Of a DNA stretch of 64,000 bases, positions 36,774 to 50,280 are shown one piece after another. The notes under the pieces are model-generated. The model did no database searches. It was not told the origin of the DNA and saw only the letters and a list, made by a program, of their open reading frames with translations. The position numbers and the translations under genes were made by a program. Position 1 is the stretch's first letter; every line of letters starts with the position of its first letter. This DNA is from Octopus bimaculoides (Eukaryota). The stretch lies in assembly GCF_001194135.2 (NCBI RefSeq), contig NC_068985.1, positions 83,355,041-83,419,040 of the forward strand, written 5' to 3'.

Positions 36774-38019
36774 TTGATACATACATATATGCACACAAAC
36801 ACACTCATACATACAATTACATGGTTAGCAATTAATATCTACAAAACAATGATGGGGGTAAAACTCCTGTTGTAGCTTAAGCCGTAACACAGTAATTAGA
36901 GAATATGGGAGAGGGAGAAAAATATATACAAATACAAATAAACGACATGTTATTAAAATAAATATCCAATTTCCATATCTGTTGGCAATGTCATTTTATA
37001 TAGATCAATACATTCATACTTAATAAACCTTATTGCCAGAAACCTTATCCAGCTCTGCTTATCATTAGATCAATGATGAAGTCTTTGCAAATGTGTATAT
37101 GGCATTTGATTTTTGCACTGTTTGCCCCAGAGACAGGCGGGGAGGAAAGGGGGAATATAGGAAATATATAATATAAATGAAGACAAAATAAAAGTACAAT
37201 AAATATACTGGAACCTTCTCATGTTTTTCTTTGGTTTTATTTTTTCATATTACGATTTGTGTGAGATGGGAGTTGGGTTAAAGACTTTACAACTTCTAGA
37301 TCTCACTAAATCAGAAGCATTCTTTGGAATTTAGAACAATTTGTTCTCTGTGATGTACCAGAAATATATTCCATCTGGCATTACTAAGAAATTGATAATT
37401 GCAAGCGAATATTAATGACTTTGTCCGGCTTTCTTTGCATAAATATAATGTTATTTATACATTTCAGGGCTGTTTGTTCTTAATCACATTTTATGTATAT
37501 CTTGACAGGAAAGCCTGGCTGGCAGTGTTGATAAGGTAGTGTATAAAACTGCCTCAGAGATCAGCAGTTCACATCCAGGGACAGACACTGGGACTTGCAC
37601 TGAGTCTATTATCGAGGAATTTAACTCTCAAAGTGCCACAGTCAACTTAGATGAAAATAAGTACGGGGTTATTGGAATCAAGACCATCTGAGCCACAGCA
37701 TTATTGTACTCTGAGAAGACCATTGCACTGGGCTCTATAATATTTATTGACAGCAAACTATATCATACATAGAGAAGAATTGGGTCCCTGCACCCATAAG
37801 GATACTGAGCCATTGTACACTGTACCCAAGCCTTGAGGTAGCACTGATGGAAATCACTCACCATCTTGAAGAAACACCAACACTTTAAAACCAATGTGGT
37901 GGCTGTTCATTATCTTCACGTGCCAAAAAAAACTACTTCTGTCAGTGTAGCATGGAGAGAAGCATAGTTTCCAGCTGACTAACTGGTCTTTGATACAATA
38001 TCTTTTCCTTTTATCTATA

Positions 38020-38850
38020 TCATTTATTTGTATCAGTCACTGCACTGTGGTCATGCTGGAGCACTACCTTGAAGGGTTTAGTCAAACACATCAATCCCAG
38101 TAGTTTGATACTTAACTGGGCTCTTTTAACTGAAATACAAAATTACAGGGACATACACAAGCCAGTATTAGTTGTGTAGCAGTGGTGGTGAGACAAAGAC
38201 TAACACAAAGAAACACACACACACACACACACACACATGCACACACATGCACACACATACACACACATCATGGGTGGCTTCCACAGAGTTTGTAAATTCA
38301 CATACAGACTGCTAAATTCACACACCAGGCATTGGTATTGATTGGCCCAGAGTTATAGTAGTAGACACGTGCTCAGGGTATTGCACGATGTCACTGAAAC
38401 CTAAACTAAAACCACGTGGCAGTAAAGCAAGCTTCTTAAGCACACAACCGTGCCTGTACCAGTCTTTTATCTTCTATCTTTCACTTGCTTCAGCCATTGA
38501 ACTGTAGCCATGTTGGGGTATTGCCTTGAAGAATTCTAATCAAATTGACCCAGTACTTACTCTTATAAACCTGGTCCTTATTCTTTCAGTCACTTTTTAC
38601 TGAATTGTTAATTAATGAGGATGTAAACAAACCAACTCTGGTCGTCAAGCAGTGATGAGAGACAAGCATAAATATAAAGACACACACACACACACACACA
38701 CACACTTACATTCTCAAGGCTTTTGTTAACTCAAGGATTTTGTTGACTGAAGGATAGAGTAGAAGACTCTTACCCAAAGTGTCATGCAATGAGACTGAAC
38801 CCCAAACCATGTAGTTAGGAAGCAAGCACCTTGCCACAAAAACCATGTCT
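38020..38850 (-). mobile_element. Two tandem microsatellite-centred SINE copies (about 38020-38450, 38470-38850)
   Basis: Family motifs on the minus strand. Confidence 0.7.
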
Positions 38851-39039
38851 GTGCCACTGTCAAGAATGAAAAAAAAAAATCAGTGGCACTTCAAAGATAC
38901 TATATCTTTAGCTGGAGAGCAACTAATGTTGCTGAGAGGTTAAACTATCAAAATATTTAGATATAGGTCAGCAGTGTTCCTTATCCTGACAGAAGTGTTA
39001 ATTCATCTCCATGACCAAACAATGTAAACAATAATCCTT

Positions 39040-39215
39040 TTCTACTCTTGGCACAAGGTCCGAAATTTTAGGGGAGGGGCCAATCGATTAGATTAACACC
39101 TGGTAGTTAATTTATCGACCCTGAAAGGATGAAAGGCAAAGTTGACCTTGGTGGAATTTGAACTCAGAATGTACGAAATACCACTAAGCATTTTGCCTGG
39201 CATGTTAACGTTTCC
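39040..39215 (-). mobile_element. ggtgagctggcag-family SINE
   Basis: tttatcgaccctgaaaggatgaaaggcaaagttgacc body. Confidence 0.75.
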
Positions 39216-40470
39216 AGGTTGCCTCTACATGGTCATTCAACATGAATTTTGTGAGAGATTGGCATAGACATTTAACACATTGGATGAAATGTCTTGCAGT
39301 ATATTTTTTCGTGTCTTGCATTCTGAGTTCAGATCCTACCTAGGTCATATTTGTCTTTTTATTGGTTTGGGATTAACAAATAAAGTAACAGTCTAGGGTG
39401 GATGACTGGCAGAATCATTAGAATGTCAAACAAGATGCTGTGTGGTATTTGTTCCAGTTCTTTGCATTTTGAGTGCAGATCCCACCAAGGGAATCCAACC
39501 ATAGAAACATCTGCCACCATATATTCTATCTGACTCAGACAAGCATGGAAAAGTGGATATTAAAACAATGATGATGATGAGGAGGAGGAGGATAATGACG
39601 ATTCACTTGTATTTCATCAACCACTAGAGAAATAAGATTCATTTTATCTAGTTTCAGCTCATGAGCTGTGGCCATGCTGGGGCACTGCCATTTTGCAAAA
39701 GATGCTCTCTTTCTTTTTTTTTTTATGAGTTTGTCAAAATCAAAGTTATGCCTGTGATCTTTTGCAACCCTCCTAAACTGGCCATATGCATGTAGTTAAT
39801 GTTCTGTAAGATGTACTGTGTTTCTCGTAACATTTTTCTTCAATGTTTTGTCCTAGATTTAATTGGGCATGTGTCAAAAAGGTTTGTGAACGAATTTGGG
39901 AGATGGAAACTGAAAGAAGCCTGTCATATATGCATGTATGTGTATGTCAGTGCGTTTGCTTACATCTGTGGCCTATACAAGTAACTTGCTGTAAACAAAG
40001 TTGTTGTCATTTCTGCCAGCAAATCACATGCAGACTGTGCAACTTTAAAGATGTGTGAAATAAGAGATCCCTAACCTGAAAAACAGGATTAATGATGGGA
40101 AAAGCATTTAGGTGTACATGCCTTAATATTACATTCATCTAACCCATGCTAGCATGGAAAAATGGACATAAGACAAACATTGTTAAGAAGTGTGAATCTA
40201 AACTGTGAGAGAAAAGCCATTTAGCTATAAAACTATGCCTCAGTATTACATTCCTCTAACCCATACTAACATGGCAAAAATGGATGTAAAACAGACATGG
40301 TTAAGAAGTGTGCTCCCCCCACCCCCCCGCATTATGTCTTGAGCTCACTTTCATTGTATGGTACCTTGGGCAAATGTCTTCTATTATAGCTCTAGTTCAA
40401 CCAAAACCTTGTGAGTTGATTTGGTGCATGGGAACTGACAGAAGTCCATCATTATGTATGTATGTATGTA

Positions 40471-40517
<47 letters not shown>

Positions 40518-40519
40518 AT

Positions 40520-41276
40520 ATATGCTTGCCATCAGAAAAGTCAGAAAATTGAGTCAATGGGTTCCTCACAAACTTACATAGTCTAATGCTCAGCCACGTA
40601 CAGTGAGCATGACATTCAAAGGCTGGATCAGTCTGAATGGGAAGCTCAGAGTTGTAGAAAGTGTATGGAGAGGAGTATATGAGCCAAAAAATGTTCATGG
40701 TGACGAACATTCTGGGAAATCTGCAACCAACAGAACTGAGAAAAATATTGCAGATGTGCGTGCAGCTGTGCGGGAAATTGCCAAATCACCACCCATGTGT
40801 TATCAGAGGATGTGAAGATTACTTATGATTCAGTTCAGTCTATTATCACTGTACCACTGAAGATATGGGTATGAGACGCTTGTGTCTGCCAAGTTTGTGC
40901 CAAAACTGCTTTCAGCTAACAATGCACCTGCCCATTCAGTACAGCTTGTGCTGCAGTTTTTGGCTGGGCACAGCATTCCCCAAGTCTGACAGACACCGTA
41001 TTCCCCAGATCTCACCCCTTGCGACTTTTTTCTCTTTTCAAAAATCAAATCTTGCTTGAAAGGAAGAAGATTTCAAGATGTCAAGGAAATCAAAGTGAAT
41101 GTGATGAGGCAGCTGCTGATTATCCCAGAAAACTAGTTCCAAAAAACTCACCAATGGAAACAGTGCTGGATTAAGTGTGTGGCTTCCAAAGGGGTTACTT
41201 TTAAAGGAGATTAAATGCCAAATTGTAGTTTTATTTTTATAGCACCTGTCCGGATATTTATTGATCAGACCTCATA
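40520..41276 (+). mobile_element. Degenerate mariner transposase remnants from two families; the second retains its 3' TIR
   Basis: KLSQWVPHKL..NAQP..RLDQSEWE is followed by a deleted copy with NAPAHS, PYSPDLTPCDFFLF, LKGRRFQD and TIR gtccggatatttattgatcagacctcata. Confidence 0.85.
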
Positions 41277-41856
41277 TTTATGTATGTGTGTATGTCTGTA
41301 TGTATGTNNNNNNNNNNGAAACAGTGCTGGATTAAGTGTGTGGCTTCCAAAGGGGTTACTTTTAAAGAAGATTAAATGCCAAATTGTAGTTTTATTTTTA
41401 TAGCACCTGTCCGGATACTTATTGATCAGACCTCATATTTATGTATGTGTGTATGTCTGTATGTATGTATGTATGTATGCATGCATGTATGTATGTATTT
41501 ATGCATGTATGCATGTATGTGTGTGTACATGCATGTATGTATGTGTACATGCATGTATGTATGTGTATGTATATATGTGTGCATGTCTTTATGTCTGTCC
41601 CTACTACTCTTTGGAAACGTGTTGGTTTTTTTTTTTTTTACATACCTGTAACTTATCCAGTTTGACCTAAAAGATTTAGAAAATAGCACCAAGCTTAAAA
41701 AAACAACTGTTGGAATTTATTGAATCCTTCAAGGTAGTGCCCCAGTATAATTGCAGTCCAATGACTGAAACCAGTGAAAGACATATATGACAGGCATCCA
41801 TACAAACTCCTTCTACCAATCATTGATTAATTCTAGACTACAGCAGAATACACTTA

Positions 41857-42260
41857 ACCCTCTAGCAATCACTTAACCCTCTAGCAATCACTTAACCCTC
41901 TAGCATTACTCTGTCAAGAGTAATGCTTATTCATTCGCATTGTTTAATCATGAATTATCTCTTAACTTCAAGATTTCAATCATCATCATCATTTAACGTC
42001 CATTTTACATACTGGCTTGGGTTAAATGGTTTAACCAGGACTGGTAAGCTGAATAACTGCCCCACATTCCAGTTGTCTGTTTTGGCTCAGTTTCTATGGC
42101 TGGATGCCCTTTCTAATGCGAACCACTTTACATTATTATTTATTTTTAGAATGACATTGTAGGGTAGTGTAGGTAGGAGAGGCCTGATCTGATCAGCTCA
42201 AACATAAAACAAGTTGGACATTTGGGTCGGGTATATCTGGTTTAAATTCTAATAGGCTGA
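41857..42260. mobile_element. piggyBac-type MITE with triplicated left end and a nested RTE tail (about 41975-42130)
   Basis: (cacttaaccctctagcaat)x3, then the family body. Degenerate right end tttaaattctaatagg. Confidence 0.65.
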
Positions 42261-42779
42261 GCCTAAAATCACATGACTGCCAAAAATGTTTCTTAACCAG
42301 AAAGCCATGCCAAATCAATCTTGAATAATAATTTCTCTATTTTATCAATAACACTTTTACAAAGCCAATGGCACTATCTCATGGCCTTCGTAAGCCTTCC
42401 AAGTAAAATTGATGTGGGTTGCGAAAAGTATTAGAATCTGCTGATCAATGACTGCAGAAAGCACAAAGGAGTGTTGTTACTAGTTCAAATGTGCTTGGAA
42501 CATATTTGAACCTATAAGAAAGCCATTCACTGTGTTTAGTCATGGTGAAAATTTGTTGTAGCCAAATCGTGTAAATACAGCTAAATTAGCTCACAGCACC
42601 ACCTGCCCAGACTGTGAGACGCAAGTAATTTGAAGTGGTTATCTCCTCTTCAGTCACAGAAATCACACAGGGTGCATAACAAGTTGGTAAGAGTGATTGT
42701 CTCTCTTGTGATATTTCAGTCATCATACAATGACTGGTAGTACTAAACAGCAGCTCACTGTAAACAAATTACAGGGTAG

Positions 42780-43071
42780 CAGTAGTTCCCAAACTTCTTT
42801 GGGCTGCCACCCCCTTGACACCCAGATCACATTCCTAGCGCCCCCACCCCAACTAACCATCACAAAAATAGACGTCTTTCTGAAGCAAATTCAAAGCAAC
42901 TGTATTTCACAAATAAAACTTAGCCTAATGAACCCATTATTTTGTAGTTTTTGCATGAATCACTACCCCATTATCACCCCACTTTTCTTCAAAACCCCTT
43001 TGGAACTTTCCACCACCCCCAGGTCAATACCTGGGGGTGGTGGAAAGTACTGCCCACTTTGTGAACCACTA
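42780..43071. mobile_element. hAT/Charlie-type MITE
   Basis: TIR-like ends cagtagttcccaaac and tttgtgaaccacta, resembling CAGTGGTTCCCAAAC. The 8-bp flanks are only weakly similar. Confidence 0.55.
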
Positions 43072-43960
43072 CTATAGAGGAACATGGACTATGATAGTAA
43101 AGATAGAGAAGGTACAGAGCAGACACAGCATGACTATCGTTCAGAATTTAAATATGGTGTGTGAACTTTTGTCAGTGGAGCAGATATCACTGTGTAGCAT
43201 GATTTTTGTCCTTACTTAGCAACTGTTATTTTCTATTTGCTTACCTCCAACTTATCTTCAAACTTAGCTTTTGTAACATTTATTCTTCAAACTTTGCTTT
43301 CGTAACATTTATTCAAACCACAAATAATCCCTCTCAACACATAGCTATAATGCTTCCTCCCACTACTCCTGCTCATGATCAGAGATGTACTTTTTGTCAG
43401 CCACGAAGGGACATGCTCAAGTGGTTAAGGTCAAGCAATTGACAAGTAAATCTGGGTATTGAGCAGAATATTTGCTCTAATGATACTTCTGTTTCAGCAA
43501 CTCAGCACTGAATCTGTCTGAAATGTAATGGAAAACATTGATGCCCAGGTCAAAAAAGCAAAGTTTGAAGGGAATAATAGTAATTTCCTTTGAATTCTAG
43601 ATAGAAGCAAAAAAACAAATAACACTTTCTGACCAAAGACAGAAAAGAAAAAGAAAAATTTTGTTACACAGTGTAATCTGTGGGCTAGAATAATTATGGG
43701 TTTAGCTTAGGAAACAAAATTGCATGACATTCCTTCTTTGCCAGTAATAACACCTTAAGAGAATGCATAATGCAGAGTGAACAGGAATTGAAACTGTTGC
43801 ATAAGATGATCTCAGTAGGAGGATAAGAATAATTTCTCTTTGGCACTGTCCACATGAAGCTGAATAATAGTAAATTTGTAAAACCATTATGATAAGTTGA
43901 TTGATAAAAATTTAGCATGATAGATAGATTTGTGCACAGATAAATGTATGTGTACATACA

Positions 43961-44040
<80 letters not shown>

Positions 44041-45769
44041 TATATGTATGTATATATATGTGTGTGTGTATATATATGTACATATATATATATATATATA
44101 TGTATGTATATTTATACATATATATATATATATATATATATTCACGCACACACACACATATGTAGATGCATAGATACATACATGCATGTGCACATACGCA
44201 CACATACATTTAAATTAAGAAATTGATATATAGGTGGCTGGATAGATAGGTGGACCAATAAACAGTCAGACAGATAATCACATACATAGATACTTAGTAG
44301 TTTAAAACATTATCGTGAGATTATGAAAAAAAAAAATTGAAAATTCAATTTTAATTTATGACAACAGAAAATGATGTATTGCTGTAATTTATATTTTTGT
44401 CAGATTGTTTTACATACACACGCAAAAACAAAACATGGATACAAACACATACATACATACATACATATACACTTATGTATACATATATACATATGCATAC
44501 TATATATATATATATATAGATAGATAGATGGAGATGAAGATATAGATATATATANNNNNNNNNNATATATATAGATAGATAGATGGAGATGAAGATATAG
44601 ATATATATAACATAAATAAGCCTACCAACATAATGTATATATGTATATACACACACACACACGCACACATATATATATACACACACAAATGAACACAGTT
44701 ATGTGTGTATATGATTGCATGTACAATATACATGAAATCTAATTGTTTATTTATTCATTATTTTCTTGTTTTTTCGCTTTTAATCTCATTAATATATTTT
44801 TACCCATTCCATACCCACTTCACCAAACTAAAGTTTATTAAAGTGATTAGAGCCACTTAAAATTTCAGTATAAATACAGTTGCTGAAGCTATCAATTTTC
44901 TCTTGGAGATTTTCCAGACAAATTTAGTGAAATTATTTTATCTGACTATTTAACTTATATGTGTTTGTATATACATGTATACAAATACATCATTATCAAC
45001 GTCATCATCATCATCATTATCATCATCATCATTTTTTTTTTATCTACTTTTTATTTTGGTATTCGTTAGATGATGAGTCTACATGGACTGAGTCATTTCT
45101 TATTTGAAGTTACTCTTCTCATAGACGGGTTAGGTACCATGTTTTGCTTAAAATGTTCCAATTTTTGGCATATTTTTGACCTCTGAATAAGCCTTTCCTA
45201 TTGGTAATCAATTTATAGAGCATTCACTTGGTGCTTTTATTGTAAAACCAGCAACAGGGATGCTTTCATGTTCTCAGCAAAATAAAAGAGTATTCCCTAC
45301 TTATGTGCATTCCCTACTCTATGTACATACATTCCTATATGCATACATATGCAGTGCTCCAACATGGCCACAGTCAAATGACTGAGACAAGTAAAAGAGA
45401 AAAGAGAAAGAAATATAACACATATATATATATATATGTGTATGTATGTATGTGTGTGTGTGGGTATGTGTGTATGCGTGTGCACATGTGTGTGTGTGCG
45501 TGTGTACATGTGTGTGTATGTGCCTTAGTGTTTGGCCCCCAACCATTGCTTGACAACCTGTGTTGGTTTGTTTATGTCCTTATAACTTAGCAGCTTTTCA
45601 AAAGAGACTAATAGTACAAGTGTTAAAAGCAAAATAAGCACTGAAATTGATTTCTTTGACTAACACATACAAGGGACCCCCACCACCCCTTTTCACCAGC
45701 ATGGCTGCAGTTCAGTGACCGAAACAAATAAAACATACATATTTCAAGTGACCTATAAATATAACGGCT

Positions 45770-46451
45770 TCAAATTTTGGTAAAGGCTAGCAATATCAGC
45801 GGAGGGAGCTAAGTCAATAACTTCAACCCCACCAGTACTTGACTGGTATTTACTTTATCAACTCTGACAGGAGGAAAGCCAAAGTCAACCTCAGCAGAAT
45901 TTGAATTCAGAACATAAGGAAGGATGAGGTACCACTAAGCATTTTGCCTAGTGTGCTACCAATTCTGCCAGCTCACTATTTTAGTGACATATAAACATAA
46001 TATCAAATATGTATAACAAATACTTACTTTACTACACAGGATAAACTTATACTATAGCCACTTGCCTTGTTATTGAAGACAGAACTAATATTTTAACTCC
46101 ATAAGAAAGTGGTTGAGTGTAGTGTCAGGTTAAACTTGAAGTCCCACCCAACAAATATTTTATAATAACTTGGTGCTGTCCTCTGTATCAAGTACCCCCT
46201 CAGTCTGTAAATATTTATTTCTTTATTGCTTACAGGGGGCTAAACATAGAGGGGCCAACAAAGACAGACAAAGACAGGCAGATTAAGTCGATTGCATCGA
46301 CCCCAGTGCATAGTTGGTACTTATTTAATCGACCCCAAAAGGATGAAAGGCAAAGTCAACCGCAGCAGAATTTGAACTCAGAACATAATAGCAGATGAAA
46401 TACCGCTAAGCATTTCTCCCAGCATGCTAATGATTCTGCCAGCTCACCACC
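45770..46451 (-). mobile_element. Two ggtgagctggcag-family SINEs (about 45770-45975, 46213-46451)
   Basis: Family head, B-box and body motifs. Confidence 0.8.
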
Positions 46452-46978
46452 CGAGTCTGGAATATTCAGCTGATATTCTTACATTTGATTTAAATTAAAA
46501 ACCTTGATATAACATATGTATAATTTTTCTTTGAGTTTTATTGAAGTTTTGGGGAGAGCTCAAAGTGGTCACTAACAAAGTCACAAGACTCTTTGAGTTA
46601 AGGAACTTCCCGGTGTTTGTAAATATTTAGCAGAATTGGTGTGTTGGTTGAACTGTCGTTGCATACACCTGAGTATGTGAATCCATTCATATTAGAATCT
46701 CAGATGGAAAATTTGGGGAATGTCTTAGAAATCTTCACTATTCTTTTATTCTTTTACTTGTTCCAGTGATTTGACTGTGGCCATGCTGGAGCACTGCTTT
46801 TAGTCGAACAAATCAACCTCAGGACTTATTCTTTGTAAGCCTAGTACTTATTCTATCAGTCTCTTTTGCTGAACAACTAAGTTACAGGGATGTTAAACAC
46901 GCCAGCATCAGTTGTCAAGCGATGGTGTGGGGACAAACACAGACACAAACACAAACACATACACACACACATATATAT

Positions 46979-47023
<45 letters not shown>

Positions 47024-47645
47024 NNNNNNNNNNNNNNNNNNNNNNNNNNNNNNNNNNNNNNNNNNNNNNNNNNNNNNNNNNNNNNNNNNNNNNNNNNNNN
47101 NNNNNNNNNNNNNNNNNNNNNNNNNNNNNNNNNNNNNNNNNNNNNNNNNNNNNNNNNNNNNNNNNNNNNNNNNNNNNNNNNNNNNNNNNNNNNNNNNNNN
47201 NNNNNNNNNNNNNNNNNNNNNNNNNNNNNNNNNNNNNNNNNNNNNNNNNNNNNNNNNNNNNNNNNNNNNNNNNNNNNNNNNNNNNNNNNNNNNNNNNNNN
47301 NNNNNNNNNNNNNNNNNNNNNNNNNNNNNNNNNNNNNNNNNNNNNNNNNNNNNNNNNNNNNNNNNNNNNNNNNNNNNNNNNNNNNNNNNNNNNNNNNNNN
47401 NNNNNNNNNNNNNNNNNNNNNNNNNNNNNNNNNNNNNNNNNNNNNNNNNNNNNNNNNNNNNNNNNNNNNNNNNNNNNNNNNNNNNNNNNNNNNNNNNNNN
47501 NNNNNNNNNNNNNNNNNNNNNNNNNNNNNNNNNNNNNNNNNNNNNNNNNNNNNNNNNNNNNNNNNNNNNNNNNNNNNNNNNNNNNNNNNNNNNNNNNNNN
47601 NNNNNNNNNNNNNNNNNNNNNNNNNNNNNNNNNNNNNNNNNNNNN

Positions 47646-47815
47646 TTTTTTTTCTCCGTGTTTTTCTCCTTGTCTCCATATTCTTTCTGTTAAAGAGCAT
47701 AGCTCGAAACGTCAAAGACTTTCCGTATTCCTGAGCGTCATACTAATACATCCTTTTGTTATTTACACCACCTGTCCTCGTCTGTTGTTGTTTTTTCGTA
47801 CATTCTCCCCCCTAT
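47646..47815 (+). mobile_element. Penelope-like element 3' end or pseudo-LTR fragment
   Basis: T-rich tract with ctgttaaagagcatagctcgaaacgtc, the CTGxxGAAG-stem-CGAAACGTC signature typical of Penelope-like termini. No ORF is visible because the upstream region is a gap. Confidence 0.55.
47682..47718 (+). ncRNA. Minimal type I hammerhead-ribozyme-like motif with a mutated core
   Basis: Stem I tcttt/aaaga, core ctgttaaa, stem II gagc-ata-gctc, gaaa, palindromic acgt stem III and a GTC triplet. Confidence 0.5.
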
Positions 47816-48469
47816 ACATATATATACGATGGGCTTCTTTCAGTTTCCACCTACCAAATCCACTCACAAGGCTTTGGTCGGCCCGAGGCTATAGTAGAAG
47901 ACACTTGCCCAACTTGCCATGCAGTGGGACTGAACCCGGAACCATGTGGTTAGTAAACAAACTACTTACCACACAGCCATCACAAATATATTGGATTTGG
48001 AGAATCTGCATCAGTTTCTTTTACTCCTTCTCCAAGAAACCGAATATTTCTAAGTTTTTGTGGAAATTTGCTGGTACATAACCTAATGCACTTATAATGT
48101 TAGGTACAAAGGAACAATGTACGAACATCCCTTCACTCTTCCTCTTAATTTTTAGGGTTAATTTTTTGATTGGCCACCTTCCTGGTGGCAAGGCTGTAAA
48201 GAAATGGAAATTTTCTTCATTTATTGTATAAGTATTCATCTTTTGCATTGTAAGTACATTTTACAAATTTTGAAGGTTCCAGACATCATGGTCATTTCTA
48301 GCTTATGAATTTAGAAGCTAAATTCTTTCTCCACAAATCCAAGTTCAGTTAAACATTAGTCCAGGCAGGTATGCAACTGAATGAGTATTTTCTGTGTGTG
48401 TATGTGTGCATGCATGTGTACATATATGTACATATGTGTGGGTGCTTTTTTTAGAGAGTGTAAAAGCAC

Positions 48470-48632
48470 CCACTACACTCTCTGAGTGGTTGGCGTTAGG
48501 AAGGGCATCCAGCTGTAGAAACTCTGCCAGATCAGATTGGAGCCTGGTGTAGCCATCTGGTTCACCAGTTTTCAGTCAAATCGTCCAACCCATGCTAGCA
48601 TGGAAAGCGTACGTTAAACGATGATGATGATG
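48470..48632 (+). mobile_element. Young RTE-tailed SINE 3' part
   Basis: Nearly identical to 35690-35870, with a (gat)n tail. Confidence 0.85.
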
Positions 48633-49679
48633 CATGTGTGTGTGTCTGTTTGTATGTATGTATTTGATGAAAAGAAGGGGAAAACAATAATGTTACAATA
48701 TGTCCTCATCTAACCCATGCTAGCATGGAAAGACGGATGTAAACTCAACAAAATAACAGATAAGTGTGTGTGTGTGTGCATGTGTGTTTTTGTGTGTGCA
48801 TGCATGGGTGTAGTGTTTTATGTGTGTGTCATTGAATCCACTAAATACTTCACAGAAAAAATGGAAAAAGTTTATATTAAAATATCTAAAATCAAAGCCA
48901 GAAAGTCTAAATAATTGACCAATATTATCAGAATAAAACTCAAAATACTATTCCACCAACGCCGTTACTGTCACAAAACCATCACCACCACCACGACCAC
49001 CACCACCACACATGCATACTTAAATATAGTAAACTCAACTAAATAACTTAACAAAGCCAAATGTATAAATATGAATAAATATCAATACATAAATAAGCTT
49101 ACTAAACAAATAAGAATAAATAAAATTATCCTATCAAAATGTTTGCTCTGATTGGTGGTGGTGGTGGTGGCAGCAGCAGTGGCGGCGGGAACTCAGTGTC
49201 GGTTGTTGGTACCGGAGGTAAANNNNNNNNNNNNNNNNNNNNNNNNNNNNNNNNNNNNNNNNNNNNNNNNNNNNNNNNNNNNNNNNNNNNNNNNNNNNNN
49301 NNNNNNNNNNNNNNNNNNNNNNNNNNNNNNNNNNNNNNNNNNNNNNNNNNNNNNNNNNNNNNNNNNNNNNNNNNNNNNNNNNNNNNNNNNNNNNNNNNNN
49401 NNNNNNNNNNNNNNNNNNNNNNNNNNNNNNNNNNNNNNNNNNNNNNNNNNNNNNNNNNNNNNNNNNNNNNNNNNNNNNNNNNNNNNNNNNNNNNNNNNNN
49501 NNNNNNNNNNNNNNNNNNNNNNNNNNNNNNNNNNNNNNNNNNNNNNNNNNNNNNNNNNNNNNNNNNNNNNNNNNNNNNNNNNNNNNNNNNNNNNNNNNNN
49601 NNNNNNNNNNNNNNNNNNNNNNNNNNNNNNNNNNNNNNNNNNNNNNNNNNNNNNNNNNNNNNNNNNNNNNNNNNNNATA

Positions 49680-49720
<41 letters not shown>

Positions 49721-50247
49721 GTGAAAAGAAAGAAAGAATTATGAACGGAATAAATAAAAGAATTAAGTTAAATTAAATTAAATTTCAATATAAGAAAAAA
49801 AAAAAGAAAATTTGTAAATGGAAATCCAAACACAATAAAGTATAAAAGTCAATAAATAAAAAAATAAATAATTAACTAAATATATTTAATAAATATAAAA
49901 GTTTCAAAATGAAAATTAAATACAAGTGTTTCAAAATTTCATAAATATAGCATTTGAGTGTATATGTGTATATACATGTGCACACACATACACAGACACA
50001 CATATATGCGCACACACATGCACACACACACATATTTGTGTATTTATATGTGTGTGAGTGTATGTTTATATATATTTGTATACACATATATATATATATT
50101 AATAAACCCTTTTTCGAAATTTTTATCTTTAATACCAAGCTGTGAAAATTCACTGTTTAAATACATGATTTATTATGTATAACGTTTTATTCTTTTTATC
50201 ATCATCATCATCATCATCACATCGTCATCATCACCATTACCATCATC

Positions 50248-50280
<33 letters not shown>

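Larger units (their letters stand above)
46745..47978 (-). mobile_element. Microsatellite-centred SINE whose centre holds a gap and a Penelope-like fragment
   Basis: 3' half at 46745-46980 and 5' half at 47826-47978. Confidence 0.7.

Noticed and set aside
41158-41470. About 150-bp tandem duplication of the mariner 3' end
   Set aside because: The copies flank a 10-N gap and differ by only a couple of bases, which is typical of unmerged overlapping contig ends or haplotypes.
44505-44610. Duplicated gatagatggagatgaagatatag block
   Set aside because: Also straddles a 10-N gap, so a likely assembly artefact.
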